Source: Thermodesulfobacteriota bacterium (GTDB taxonomy: Bacteria > Desulfobacterota_D > UBA1144 > Nemesobacterales > UBA2774). Taken from it: 64,000 bases of DNA. The position numbers were made by a program, and so were the translations under genes. Below are positions 18,491-28,867 of the stretch, in pieces (position 1 is the first letter of the stretch; every line of letters starts with the position of its first letter). The notes below the pieces were generated by a model, which worked only from the letters and a program-made list of their open reading frames with translations, had not been told where the DNA came from and did not search any database. Location of the stretch: contig OZ244197.1 of assembly GCA_965216785.1 (NCBI GenBank), positions 2,816,001-2,880,000 of the forward strand, read 5' to 3'.

Positions 18491-18982
18491 ATGGGAATTA
18501 AACCGCATGTATTTATTATTTGCTTAGCAATTATCTTTTTGTCTGCGGCTTTTACATTTGATACCGAGGCAAAGATGTTATCGGGGTTTGAAGAAAAAGC
18601 ATCGGTTCAATATGAGCCGGAGGGGCCCCTGGACCCGGCAGAAGAGCAGCTGGATCAGGTGTCTGAGCCGGTGGGAGAGATCTCAGAGCCTTTGGTGGAT
18701 ACACCGACAGAGCCTTTGGACTCGGTATCTGAAACCACGGACCAGGCAACAGAGTCAGTTAACTCTCTGACTGAGGAGCCTGAACCTCTGGGCGAGGACT
18801 CCGAGTCTATAGATCAGGTGGGAGAAAACCTCGATCAGGTATCTGAAACAGCGGAGGAGGCTTCAGAGAACCTACCGATCGCCCCTGAAGGAGACGGCTC
18901 TGGGATGGAATACGATACGCGTGAGGCTGAGATGCCGCTTGGAGACAGGGAAGCTGAAGGCAGAGGCATAGGGGATTATTAG
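18491..18982 (+). CDS. Secreted acidic heptad-repeat protein with C-terminal PLGDREAEGRGI motif (A)
   Basis: RBS ggagga; Sec signal; E/D/P-rich ~7-aa repeats; C-terminal motif shared with 51160-51603. Confidence 0.75.
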   Translation: MGIKPHVFIICLAIIFLSAAFTFDTEAKMLSGFEEKASVQYEPEGPLDPAEEQLDQVSEPVGEISEPLVDTPTEPLDSVSETTDQATESVNSLTEEPEPLGEDSESIDQVGENLDQVSETAEEASENLPIAPEGDGSGMEYDTREAEMPLGDREAEGRGIGDY

Positions 18983-19029
18983 TACGGGCATATCCGGAAA
19001 AAGAGGGTTTCGGTTACCACCCTAGAAGG

Positions 19030-19106
19030 TGGTCGGGGTGAGAGGGCTCGAACCTCCGACCTCAGCGTCCCAAGCGCTGCGCGCTACCAAACTGCGCTAC
19101 ACCCCG
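19030..19106 (-). tRNA. tRNA-Pro (anticodon TGG)
   Basis: Reverse complement cggggtgtagcgcagtttggtagcgcgcagcgcttgggacgctgaggtcggaggttcgagccctctcaccccgacca; stem cagcg/cgctg, loop cttggga. Confidence 0.96.
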
Positions 19107-19192
19107 ACTATAAGCATTCTCTCTTAGAGAGCAATCAGTATACCTATAATGCTAAAAACGACAAGCACTAATACTAAAGTTTTGAGCTTACT

Positions 19193-19492
19193 CTAACCAA
19201 GGTATTTCTTATAGACTTCCGTAGCCCAAAAGATTTCTGTACCCGAGGAAACAAGTGCCGTATGCATGATGGTTTCGGCTATTTCGGCCTTTGTTATCTT
19301 AAGAGCGAGCGCCTTTTTTATCCTTGACTCTGTACAGTGAGGACACCTTCCGTGAACCGCCACTGAAAGCGCTATGAGGGCTTTTGTCTTTGGGTCAAGC
19401 TTGGTCTCTCCCTCACAAGCTTTATAGAACTTCCACCAGCCCTCTGCCATCTCAGGGGCGTGTTTTTCAAACCATCTCTGATCGTCTGCCAT
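19193..19492 (-). CDS. Carboxymuconolactone decarboxylase / AhpD-like protein
   Basis: LDPKTKALIALSVA...CPHC...EIAE. Confidence 0.85.
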   Translation of the reverse strand: MADDQRWFEKHAPEMAEGWWKFYKACEGETKLDPKTKALIALSVAVHGRCPHCTESRIKKALALKITKAEIAETIMHTALVSSGTEIFWATEVYKKYLG

Positions 19493-19548
19493 GCTTTAAT
19501 ACCTCCTGTGTTGAATTGATTATTCTATGTTTTCCGGTTTTATCAATA

Positions 19549-20082
19549 TTACTTTTTATTCTTCATATACTGTATATAACTTTCTCTTCCCGACCCGTAT
19601 TTATAGTTTTGGTAGCCGATCGGGTTCTTCTCGTAGTACTTCTGATGATAGCCTTCCGCGGGATAAAACTCCATAGCAGGGCGAATGTCCGTTACAATCG
19701 GGGCCTTATATCGCCCGGATTCACCGAGCCTGCGCTTTGATTCCTCAGCAGCGCTTTTCTGAAAGTCACTGTGGTAAAAGATAGCGGTCTGGTAGTGATG
19801 CCCTCTGTCAACGAACTGCCCCCCGTCGTCTGTCGGATCGACGTTCAGCCAGAAAACGTCCAAGAGCTTCTCATAGGATATTACTGATGGGTCGTAGATT
19901 ACCTCTATGGACTCAAGATGCTCAGTCATACCATGGCAGACTTCTTCGTACTTGGGGTTAGCCTCCTTGCCCCCGGTGTATCCTACGGTTGTTGAGATTA
20001 CGCCTTCAAGATTGTCAAACGGAGGCTGCATACACCAGAAACAACCGCCTGAGAAAGTAGCTTTTTCCTGTTTGTTATCCAT
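19549..20082 (-). CDS. msrA: Peptide methionine sulfoxide reductase A
   Basis: GGCFWC, VGYTGG, DPTDDGGQFVDRG, FYPAEGYHQKYY. Confidence 0.95.
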   Translation of the reverse strand: MDNKQEKATFSGGCFWCMQPPFDNLEGVISTTVGYTGGKEANPKYEEVCHGMTEHLESIEVIYDPSVISYEKLLDVFWLNVDPTDDGGQFVDRGHHYQTAIFYHSDFQKSAAEESKRRLGESGRYKAPIVTDIRPAMEFYPAEGYHQKYYEKNPIGYQNYKYGSGRESYIQYMKNKK

Positions 20083-20193
20083 TATCGCCCCAATATCTTA
20101 TTAGTATAGATTAATTTAGATGAAATGATTATACGTATGGATGCCTCCTTTAGCAAAAGAGTTATAACATAGAAACTTTTAAGATGACCGGAA

Positions 20194-20613
20194 TTAGGAG
20201 GTCTGCTCTTCGATCCCTCTTTTTTGGCCGAGAGATTTAAATATAAAGTAAATAATGGGAACGCCCAAGATTAATTTAATCAAAGAGCGGGTGAAGGGTT
20301 TGCCAAACTCGGCGTAATTCTCCTGGAGGAAGCTGAGGGAGATTATAAGCCCCTTATCAAATAAATCAGAAAAAACAAGAACTGAAACGGTAACGAGATA
20401 TAACCAGGCGATTAGAGAGAGGTAAAAGCCCCATTTAGCTCCGCGCCAGAGAAGTATCCCCCCGATTGTGCCACACACGCCCCTTAAGACAAAAGAATTA
20501 AGTACAACCATCTTTGCAGGAAGCGGGAAATCGGCGAACATACCTACCAGGAGTAAAGCTCCGAGACCGGGAAGAGCGGCAGCTATGGTAATTAGCCCGA
20601 CAGCTTTATTCAC
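20194..20613 (-). CDS. Hypothetical membrane protein (about 4 TM)
   Basis: Hydrophobic helices; 1-nt overlap with the tricorn gene stop. Confidence 0.6.
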   Translation of the reverse strand: MNKAVGLITIAAALPGLGALLLVGMFADFPLPAKMVVLNSFVLRGVCGTIGGILLWRGAKWGFYLSLIAWLYLVTVSVLVFSDLFDKGLIISLSFLQENYAEFGKPFTRSLIKLILGVPIIYFIFKSLGQKRGIEEQTS

Positions 20614-23600
20614 TAATTGCTCACACTTCCGCCTGAGCGGTCCTGATATAGAGGTCTTTTGGGTCTCTGAGAGGGGTTATCGTCCAGAAGCTCCTGAATG
20701 ACCTCTAAAGCTTTCTCGAGCTGTTGGTCATCCGAATCATTCAGGTTTGAAGGCAGATCAGGGACTTCATAATCGGGATCGACCCCCCTTCCCTCTACGT
20801 CCCACTCACCCTTGAGGTTGTAGAAAGCGTAAGTGGGCGCCGTGACGTAACCGCCGTCGATGAACCCGGGGTTGCCGCCTATACCGATAAGCCCGCCGTG
20901 TGTGCGTGTGCCGATGATCGGACCCAAGCCGGCTTTACGGAAGTAATAGGGGAACGCGTCTCCCCCAGAGCCCGACCAGCCGTTAATGAGCATTACCTTT
21001 GGACCGGTGTGTGAGAGCGAGGGAGTCTGCCAGTCCTCAAACTCTCGTATTGCCCAGTAATTTTGTACAGGGCGGTTTAAGAGCTCTACGAAACGGTCAG
21101 GGACCTGCCCTCCGCCGTTAAAGCGCTCGTCTATGATAAGCGCCTCGGTTTTTTGCTGAGGAACGAATTGCCGAACCAGCTCGTTCTGCCCTCTGCGTCC
21201 TGTGTCTGGAACGTATACATACCCTACTCTGCCCTCTGTGGCTCTATCGACATATTGTCTATTTTCTTCGACCCAGGTCATGTAGCGGAGCTTTCGGTCA
21301 TCGTCTCTGGATATGGGTTTAACCAGTATCTCCCTTGCATCCTTTAGTTTCGCGCTCTTGCCTATAGCAAGCTCAACGACTTCACCCGTAAGACCTTGAA
21401 AAGAAGCCCAGGGGTCTTTAGAAGTATCGAGCGGATTACCGTTAACGCTTAGAAGATAGTCGCCCTCCTCCACATTTACACCAGGCTCTTTCAGAGGTGA
21501 GCGAATATCGGGGATATTACTCGACGCTCCGTAAATCTTTTTAATTCGGTACGCGTTATTTTTTTTATCAAGCTCAAAATCGGCTCCCAAAAGTCCTACT
21601 GATATACGATCTGTTTCCTCAATATCCCCTCCCCCTATGTAGGCATGTGAGGAGTTTAGCTCACCCATCATCTCACCTATTACAAAATTTAGGTCCTCCC
21701 TGTCGACAATGTAGGGAAGCAGCTTTTCATACCTTACTTTAACCTCGTCCCAGTCTACTCCGTGCATTTTCGGGTCGTAAAAGAAATCGCGTTGAATGCG
21801 CCATGAATCACCAAATATCTGCTGCCATTCCTGACGAGGATCGATCTTGGTTTTTAACTTCGAGGTATCGATTTTTCCCTGTCCGGTGCTTCTGCCCTCA
21901 CCGAAATCCACTATGCCGTAGACATCGTCCGATCTGTATACGAGCTTTGTTCCGTCCAAGGTTAAGTCAAAATCATTTGTGTTCGGGATTACAGTTTTTT
22001 CATGGCCGTCTCGAAGATCGTAAAACTGGAGCTGTCCTTTTCCTCCGTTGTGATCCTCTACTCCGGCCCTCGGGTATCTGAGGTATGCGACTTTATCGTC
22101 AAGGGCTTTCAAATGCCCGAAATTGCCGGCTCTTACAGGGAGCTTGACTACGCGCTCCTCAATTCCATCAAAATCGATTTTCACGGATTCACGGGTGTTC
22201 TGATCAGTATTTTCGTTCTTGCTCTCGGTTTCCTCATCACTTCTCGGTGCTATGGGGGACAGTGTGTCCGCTCTGAGCGTAAGAGCGTAAACACCGGTTG
22301 AGTTTGGATATATCCAGGTATCGTCCATGTCTCCATACACTGGCGTGAAGCTGCGGTCAGAGTAAAAGTACAGGTACCTGCCTCCGGGGTCGAATACAGG
22401 GGAGTTGTCATTATAAAAATCGGTCGTTACTTTACGAGGCTTCTTATCCTTAGTGTCGTAGATCATTACCGACTTTAGCCCGTTATCGGCTGTGTACGGA
22501 TAGGTAAGCCACCTGCTGTCGGGAGACCACGCGTAGCTGCCGATTGGGTTACGAAGATCCTTTGAGACTAGTAGGGGTTTGTTGCTTGAAATATCAACTA
22601 TAAAAAGGCTCCCGGTCTTATCGCTGTAAGCAATTTTTTTACTGTCCGGAGACCAGACGGGATGGAAGCGGTAAACACCGCCGTCTGTAGTAATGCGGGT
22701 TTCTTCGCTCTTTCCGTCGCTTTGGCGTATATAGAGCTCGTACTCTCCTGTGCGGTCTGAGAAGTAGGCGACATTTTTACCGTCGGGGGACCAGGCGGGA
22801 AAGCGCTCCGCTATCCCGGCAGTTTGAGTAAGGTTCCTGACGCTGCCCCTTTGCTGGGGCACTGTGAATATCTCGCCCCTAGCCTCAAAAAGAGCCCTCT
22901 TACCACTCGGGGAAATGGAAAAATTGTTTATATTCTTTGAGACTTCTTTTAACCGCGGCCGTAGCTCGGGCAAATCATCGGGTACCCGCACAGAGACCTG
23001 GGAATAACTTTCATCGCCAAGCTCTAATAGATAAAGCGCGCCTCCGTTTTCAAATACTATGTCCCCCGGACCAAGGCTCGGCCATTTAACATCGTATTCC
23101 TTAAAATTTGTGACCTGCCTTTTTTCTTCGGTGGCAGTGTCGTAAGCCCAGATATTCAGCCTCTGCTCAGGACCCCTGTCCGAGAGAAAATAAATCGTAT
23201 CGTTATGCCACATCGGAATCGCATCTGTACCCTCATAGTCCGTAAACTTTTTAAGTGATTGATCCTTAAGATTATATATCCAGAGGTCGCTCGCAGTCCC
23301 GCCCTTGTAGCGCTTCCAGGCATTTGATTGTCTGGTTTTATACTGAAAGGCAAGCCTATCGCCCCCAGGACTGAAGCTTCCGATCTCGCCGTAGGGAAGT
23401 GGTAGCACTTCCGGCATACCGCCCTCTACGGGCTGGCGGAACAAACGGTTGTATCGCTCGCTCGGGCTCAGCATCTTTGAGCGCATGAGAACGCTCTCAC
23501 CGTCCGGGTACCAGTCAACCACCAAATCCTCTCCAGGATGGTGAGTGATCCTCTCGGGCATACCGCCCGCGCCCGATACGACGTAAATATCTGTGTTGCC

Positions 23601-23885
23601 GTCGTAGTTGCCGCTGAACGCGACTTTATCGCCATCTGGGGAGAATTTGGGAAACGACTCGCGTCCACTGGGCGAGCTCAGCTTTCTGGCTACCCCACCG
23701 TCTTTGGAAACTATCCAAACGTCCCCGCCGTATACAAATACTATTTCGCTTTCACTCACATCCGGGAAACGGAGCATTAGGGCATCGGGAGAATGACTTA
23801 TATGCTGATCCTCTTTTGCTACAGATGCACCCAGGGAACACAATATAGTGAACAGTAATACTGCGGCGATAACACTTATATTCAT
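20613..23885 (-). CDS. Tricorn protease homolog (S41B; beta-propellers + PDZ), secreted
   Basis: Signal peptide, PD40/TolB-like repeats (PxFSPDG, PAWSPDG), GELNSSH, IIDERFNGGG, catalytic SGSGGD, IGTRTHGG. Confidence 0.93.
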   Translation of the reverse strand: MNISVIAAVLLFTILCSLGASVAKEDQHISHSPDALMLRFPDVSESEIVFVYGGDVWIVSKDGGVARKLSSPSGRESFPKFSPDGDKVAFSGNYDGNTDIYVVSGAGGMPERITHHPGEDLVVDWYPDGESVLMRSKMLSPSERYNRLFRQPVEGGMPEVLPLPYGEIGSFSPGGDRLAFQYKTRQSNAWKRYKGGTASDLWIYNLKDQSLKKFTDYEGTDAIPMWHNDTIYFLSDRGPEQRLNIWAYDTATEEKRQVTNFKEYDVKWPSLGPGDIVFENGGALYLLELGDESYSQVSVRVPDDLPELRPRLKEVSKNINNFSISPSGKRALFEARGEIFTVPQQRGSVRNLTQTAGIAERFPAWSPDGKNVAYFSDRTGEYELYIRQSDGKSEETRITTDGGVYRFHPVWSPDSKKIAYSDKTGSLFIVDISSNKPLLVSKDLRNPIGSYAWSPDSRWLTYPYTADNGLKSVMIYDTKDKKPRKVTTDFYNDNSPVFDPGGRYLYFYSDRSFTPVYGDMDDTWIYPNSTGVYALTLRADTLSPIAPRSDEETESKNENTDQNTRESVKIDFDGIEERVVKLPVRAGNFGHLKALDDKVAYLRYPRAGVEDHNGGKGQLQFYDLRDGHEKTVIPNTNDFDLTLDGTKLVYRSDDVYGIVDFGEGRSTGQGKIDTSKLKTKIDPRQEWQQIFGDSWRIQRDFFYDPKMHGVDWDEVKVRYEKLLPYIVDREDLNFVIGEMMGELNSSHAYIGGGDIEETDRISVGLLGADFELDKKNNAYRIKKIYGASSNIPDIRSPLKEPGVNVEEGDYLLSVNGNPLDTSKDPWASFQGLTGEVVELAIGKSAKLKDAREILVKPISRDDDRKLRYMTWVEENRQYVDRATEGRVGYVYVPDTGRRGQNELVRQFVPQQKTEALIIDERFNGGGQVPDRFVELLNRPVQNYWAIREFEDWQTPSLSHTGPKVMLINGWSGSGGDAFPYYFRKAGLGPIIGTRTHGGLIGIGGNPGFIDGGYVTAPTYAFYNLKGEWDVEGRGVDPDYEVPDLPSNLNDSDDQQLEKALEVIQELLDDNPSQRPKRPLYQDRSGGSVSN

Positions 23886-24096
23886 TTTGCGATATCCTCT
23901 CTCATAAACCCATCATTTAGAGAACCTACGATAAATCTAAATTTGTTAGTATTGATAACATCTTAACCGCTAGCAAATATCATAATAAATATACCTCAAG
24001 TTAGTTAAAATTACGGTTATATATTAGAGAAAAATCGGGGTGTCCGTGACCCGCCGGGGGAACGTTGACTCAGTAGGGATAGAACTCTAAGTTTTT

Positions 24097-26178
24097 TTAC
24101 ATATATTCCTTATGGAATTTACGCATGCTGGAGGGCTCGCCAATAACGGTAAGCCTGTCGTTTTCCTTTAGCACCGTGTTGCCTCTTGGCACAATGATCT
24201 GCTCATCCCGGCGGATTAGAGCAACCAGGCTGCCTACGGGCATGTTTATCTCTCTTAGCTCCTTACCTATTAGGGACTCGGTCGGTGTGTCCTTGTGCAG
24301 GTAGATAGAGTGGAACCTCTCATTATGAATGAGCGCTTCCTTTAACTGCTGCTCGTCCTCGGCGTGAAGCCAGTCCTCAAAAAACGTGTCGCTTTCTACG
24401 TGGCGCGCCACCTGGGCGAGCATCCTCAGGTGCTGAGTCGGGTTATCGAGAGGACTAAGGAAAAAGAATATCGCGTGTAGAGTCTGCTCTTCCTCGCTGT
24501 CGGTCGCGGGGTTATTGAACTTGATGTGAACCCCGGGTTTTGAGCGCACCATTACAAGCTCCATTTGACTAAGACCATCTACGCGCAAATGCGGCAGGGC
24601 CACATTATGCGCAACAGGAGTTATGCCTACAACGGTACCTTCCATGAAAGTTGTATTGAGGTTCTCATAAGATAGGGGTACAAACTCCGAGAGAAGCTTG
24701 CTTACATCGTTAACTATTTTCCCAAAATCGATCTCGGCACCGACATCGAGCACATGGCTCCGCGCGACAAGCTCGTCAAATGGATCTTCTTTTCTGAGCT
24801 CTTTTTCCTTTAGTATGCCTCTGAGCTCTCTGTCCAGTCCTTCATATCTGGATTGCCCGAGCTGCTCGAAGATGTGAAATATCGCCCCGCTCCTGATTAC
24901 ATTCTTACTGACGTAGAATTTGTACCACACAATCCCAAGCACGACCATTACGCCCGTCAGCACCTTTGTCCATATACCCATCTGAACCAGGAGCCAAAGT
25001 GAGGCGAGGATCCCGAATATCTGCATCCAGGGATAAAGAGGAGAGCGGTAACCCGGATCGTAGGACTCGATCCTGCTCTCTCTCATTACAATGACGGCAA
25101 AACATATGAGCATGAACATTAAGAGCTGAAACGCGCTTGCGATCTTAACAATTTTTGTAGTATCCAGTACCGCCAGGAACACAACGATGGACAGAACTGT
25201 GACTATGATAGCGGCATAGGGCATTTTGTTTTTACCGAGTCTCTGGAAGAAGCTCGGCATCATAAGATCGCGGCTCATTGCGAGTGGATAGCGTGAGGCG
25301 CTCATTGTACCCGCGTTCGCAACGGAGATAAACGCCAGAAGTGCGGCAAAGGAAATTAGTATGACTCCGGTCTTTCCGAATATAATATTTGCGGCTGTCG
25401 CCACTGGGGAGAGATCTCCCTTTAACTGATCCATCGGTATAACGCCCACCATTAAGGCGGTGCCGATGCCGTAGACCAATAACGCTGTGCCAAGAGCAAG
25501 GAAAATACCAAGAGGCAGGTTACGCTCGGGGTTTTCAACCTCCTCTGAGAGGCTGGCAACTTTTGTGACACCTACATAGCTTATGTACACCATGGCCGAG
25601 GTTGAAAGTATGGCGGCCATTCCCGGGTCGAAAAACCCCTCGAAATGAGATATCTGAACATGGGTGATTCCGTCCCCTATAAAAACGACCAGGATACCCA
25701 GGAGTACAACCACAAGGAATACCTGAAAGCCCCCGCTTAACCTTGCGCCAACGAGATTCAGTATTCCAAGAGCAATGGCGATCCCTATTGCGACCGGCAC
25801 TATAGGGAGCTCGGGAACGAATAGACCAATATAGACCCCCATACCTATAAGAGCGAACGCAACTTTGAGCACCAGGGCAAGCCAGGTGCCGATGCCGCCA
25901 ATGGTGCCGAACAGCGGCCCCATGGAACGGTCGAGGAAATAGTATACTCCGCCTGCCCGGGGCATGGCTGTAGTAAGCTCGACGATACTGAATGTTGCGG
26001 GGATAAGTGGTAGCGCGGCGATAAGATACGCCAGCACGATTGCGGGGCCAGCCTGCATAGCGGCAAGACCCGGCAATAGGAAAAAGCCCGCGCTTAGAGT
26101 TGTACCTGTCGCAAGGGCGTATACGTCCAGCAGCTTTAAATTTTTCTTTAGACGCTCGGGCTCTTTTTGTGCGTGCAT
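24097..26178 (-). CDS. APC amino-acid permease fused to PTS EIIA(Ntr/Fru-like) and TrkA-C/RCK-C domains
   Basis: ~12 TM APC part (GTTLSAGFF, EEVENPERNLP); VALPH plus HLRMLAQVAR (EIIA); LIGKELREIN...IVPRGNTVLKENDRLTVIG (TrkA_C). Confidence 0.85.
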   Translation of the reverse strand: MHAQKEPERLKKNLKLLDVYALATGTTLSAGFFLLPGLAAMQAGPAIVLAYLIAALPLIPATFSIVELTTAMPRAGGVYYFLDRSMGPLFGTIGGIGTWLALVLKVAFALIGMGVYIGLFVPELPIVPVAIGIAIALGILNLVGARLSGGFQVFLVVVLLGILVVFIGDGITHVQISHFEGFFDPGMAAILSTSAMVYISYVGVTKVASLSEEVENPERNLPLGIFLALGTALLVYGIGTALMVGVIPMDQLKGDLSPVATAANIIFGKTGVILISFAALLAFISVANAGTMSASRYPLAMSRDLMMPSFFQRLGKNKMPYAAIIVTVLSIVVFLAVLDTTKIVKIASAFQLLMFMLICFAVIVMRESRIESYDPGYRSPLYPWMQIFGILASLWLLVQMGIWTKVLTGVMVVLGIVWYKFYVSKNVIRSGAIFHIFEQLGQSRYEGLDRELRGILKEKELRKEDPFDELVARSHVLDVGAEIDFGKIVNDVSKLLSEFVPLSYENLNTTFMEGTVVGITPVAHNVALPHLRVDGLSQMELVMVRSKPGVHIKFNNPATDSEEEQTLHAIFFFLSPLDNPTQHLRMLAQVARHVESDTFFEDWLHAEDEQQLKEALIHNERFHSIYLHKDTPTESLIGKELREINMPVGSLVALIRRDEQIIVPRGNTVLKENDRLTVIGEPSSMRKFHKEYM

Positions 26179-26314
26179 AATAGAATGAGGTTAAGATAAC
26201 CCTTACCAGGGTTCATTAAACTAATAAAGTGCTATAGATTTTTAATAATTATAGCTAATTAGCGGATAATGTGAAAAACACTCATCTACAGACGTCCTTT
26301 CATATAGGAATAAG

Positions 26315-27442
26315 TTATTCTGAGGACGGGGTTTTTTGAATATCCGTGATATCGACTTTCAAACTCTTTTGAGATTCGTTCCTTTCGATTGCAAGCTCGA
26401 TGAGCCGTGTTATAAGCTCAGAGTAAGGGATTCCGCTCAGCTCCCAGAGCTTTGGGTACATACTGATCTGAGTGAAGCCCGGTATGGTGTTTATCTCGCT
26501 TATAAAAAGCTCGTTTGTCTGTCTGTCCATGAGGAAATCGACTCTTCCCATTCCCTTGCAGTCAAGGGCTTTAAACGCGCCTACGGCCAATTCGCCGAGA
26601 CGCGAGGTTACATCTTGATCCAGCTCCGCGGGGGCTATGAGAGCGGTATCTTCATCAAGATACTTTGCGGTGTAATCGTAGAACTCCCTCTTAGGAACTA
26701 TCTCGCCCGGACAGGAAGCTTCGGGCGCGTCGTTTCCGAGAACGCTTACCTCGATTTCCCTCGGAGCTACTACCGCTTTTTCAACTAGTACGCGGTTTGA
26801 AAACCGGCAGGAAAAATTAACGGCTTCATCCAGAGCGTCTTCTGAGTCTACTTTTGATATACCAATACTGGAGCCTAAGTCCGCGGATTTTACGAAGCAG
26901 GGAAACCCTATTTTATTTATAATATTATTTTTTAGCGCGGTTGAACCGGTTTCCCACTCATACTTATAAAAATCTATATGCTGAACCACAGGCAGCCCCG
27001 CCTCTTTTAAGACGGCCTTCATGACTGTCTTGTCCATACCGACGGAAGAGCCGAGCACCGAAGCGCCCACAAACGGCACTCCCATTAACTCGAAAAGGCC
27101 CTGTACGGTACCGTCCTCACCGTAGGTGCCGTGAAGAACCGGGAACACCGTCTCTATTTCATGCTCTTCGATTACTTTGTCGTGGGCTATTTCATATAGA
27201 ACCCGCTCCTCAGGATTGAGCGAAGGTGAGAGAAAGGAATCGGCCTTATATTCAAATTCCCCTTCCCCGAGCCAGCCCTCCGTATCCGCAGCGCGCCATG
27301 TGCCGCTCTTTTCTATATATATGGGGAACACCTCGAATTTAGAGCGGTCAATATTTCTTAAAATCGACTTCGCGGAGAGAATGGATATCTCGTGCTCGAC
27401 CGATCTACCCCCGAAAATTACTGCAACTTTTTTCATAGACAA
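26315..27442 (-). CDS. ddl: D-alanine--D-alanine ligase
   Basis: FGGRSVEHEIS, HGTYGEDG, GSSIG, FYDYTAKY, EINTIPGFT. Confidence 0.96.
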   Translation of the reverse strand: MSMKKVAVIFGGRSVEHEISILSAKSILRNIDRSKFEVFPIYIEKSGTWRAADTEGWLGEGEFEYKADSFLSPSLNPEERVLYEIAHDKVIEEHEIETVFPVLHGTYGEDGTVQGLFELMGVPFVGASVLGSSVGMDKTVMKAVLKEAGLPVVQHIDFYKYEWETGSTALKNNIINKIGFPCFVKSADLGSSIGISKVDSEDALDEAVNFSCRFSNRVLVEKAVVAPREIEVSVLGNDAPEASCPGEIVPKREFYDYTAKYLDEDTALIAPAELDQDVTSRLGELAVGAFKALDCKGMGRVDFLMDRQTNELFISEINTIPGFTQISMYPKLWELSGIPYSELITRLIELAIERNESQKSLKVDITDIQKTPSSE

Positions 27443-27596
27443 ATATAGTATCTCCCGAAATTGAGTACTAACGGATTACCCAAAGCTATAAGTGCTGTCA
27501 AGAAGAGCCATATCGTACTTGCAAAAAAAAAAGTTAAATGTAAAATGTCAGAAGACTTTATTCGCACTTGCACAATAAAATTTTAGGAGGCATAAA

Positions 27597-28799
27597 ATGC
27601 AGAAAGTTGTTATTAGCGAACCGCTAAGAACTGCAATTGGGGCTTTTGGCGGCACATTAAAAGATACAAGCCCAAGACAGCTGGGAGCAAACGTTGTCAA
27701 GGCAATTTTGGACCGCACGGGGGTAGACCCGAGTGAGATAGACGACTGTATTATAGGAAATATTCTAAGCGCAGGCCAGGGCATGAATATATCTAGACAG
27801 GTATCGCTCGATTCGGGGCTTCCTATCGAAACACCCGCAATGACTATCAACAGGGTTTGCGGATCGGGTGTTCAGACCATTGTACAGGCGGCTCAGGCGA
27901 TAAAAGCAGGGGACGCGGACGCAATAATCGCGGGCGGTACTGAAAATATGAACCAGGCACCGTTCTATCTTGATAAAGCCCGTTACGGCTATAGAATGGG
28001 GATGCCTAAAGACAATATTACAGACGGCATGGTTTATGACGGACTATGGGATGTTTTCAACGACTATCACATGGGAGTAACAGCTGAGAACCTTGCCGAA
28101 TCTTATAATATTTCCAAAGAAGAGCAGGACGAGTTTGCTTACAAGAGTCAGATGAAGTGTAAGGACGCAATGGAGAGCGGCAAGTTCAAAGACGAAATAG
28201 TACCAGTAATGATTCCTCAGAGAAGAGCAGACCCGATCGCGTTCGATACGGACGAGCACCCGAAGGGAGATACTACTCCGGAAGGGCTCGCAAGGCTCCG
28301 CGCCGTATTTAAAGTAGGCGGAACGGTAAGCGCCGGAAACGCGTCTGGCATTAATGACGGCGCCGCGGCAGTGCTCGTATCATCGGAGAAGAAGGCCAAA
28401 GAGCTCGGGTTAAAACCCTACGCCTCGATCGTATCATACGCCATAGCGGGCGTAGACCCTTCGATCATGGGTATAGGACCTGTACCAGCGGTGCAGAAAG
28501 CGCTTGATAAGGCGAAACTATCTCTTGACGACATCGACCTCTTTGAGCTTAATGAAGCTTTCGCCGCGCAGTCTATTGCTGTGCTTAGAGACCTGCCGAT
28601 ACCAGAAAACAAGATAAACGTTAACGGGGGCGCTATTGCGCTAGGCCACCCGATCGGAGCTTCGGGCACAAGGATTTTGGTAACGCTTCTTCACGAGATG
28701 AAGAGAAGAAAGAAAGTAAAACGCGGACTCGCCACCCTATGCTGCGGCGGCGGAATGGGTATTGCTATAATTGTTGAGAAACTGAACGGTAAAAAATAA
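27597..28799 (+). CDS. Acetyl-CoA C-acetyltransferase (thiolase)
   Basis: INRVCGSG, NEAFAAQ, NGGAIALGHPIGASG, CCGGGMG. Confidence 0.95.
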   Translation: MQKVVISEPLRTAIGAFGGTLKDTSPRQLGANVVKAILDRTGVDPSEIDDCIIGNILSAGQGMNISRQVSLDSGLPIETPAMTINRVCGSGVQTIVQAAQAIKAGDADAIIAGGTENMNQAPFYLDKARYGYRMGMPKDNITDGMVYDGLWDVFNDYHMGVTAENLAESYNISKEEQDEFAYKSQMKCKDAMESGKFKDEIVPVMIPQRRADPIAFDTDEHPKGDTTPEGLARLRAVFKVGGTVSAGNASGINDGAAAVLVSSEKKAKELGLKPYASIVSYAIAGVDPSIMGIGPVPAVQKALDKAKLSLDDIDLFELNEAFAAQSIAVLRDLPIPENKINVNGGAIALGHPIGASGTRILVTLLHEMKRRKKVKRGLATLCCGGGMGIAIIVEKLNGKK

Positions 28800-28809
28800 T
28801 TTTGTGATC

Positions 28810-28842
28810 TCAGGCCGGGGAGAGATCCCCGGCTTGATTCTT
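28810..28842. terminator. Intrinsic terminator between convergent genes
   Basis: Stem tcaggccgggga / GAGA loop / tccccggcttga followed by ttctt. Confidence 0.7.
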
Positions 28843-28867
28843 AACCGGCAGATTAATCTGTGAGTAG

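Noticed and set aside
18995-19106. tRNA-Pro as a second integration site
   Set aside because: I found no duplicate of its 3' end in the window by eye, and the flanking genes look like backbone.
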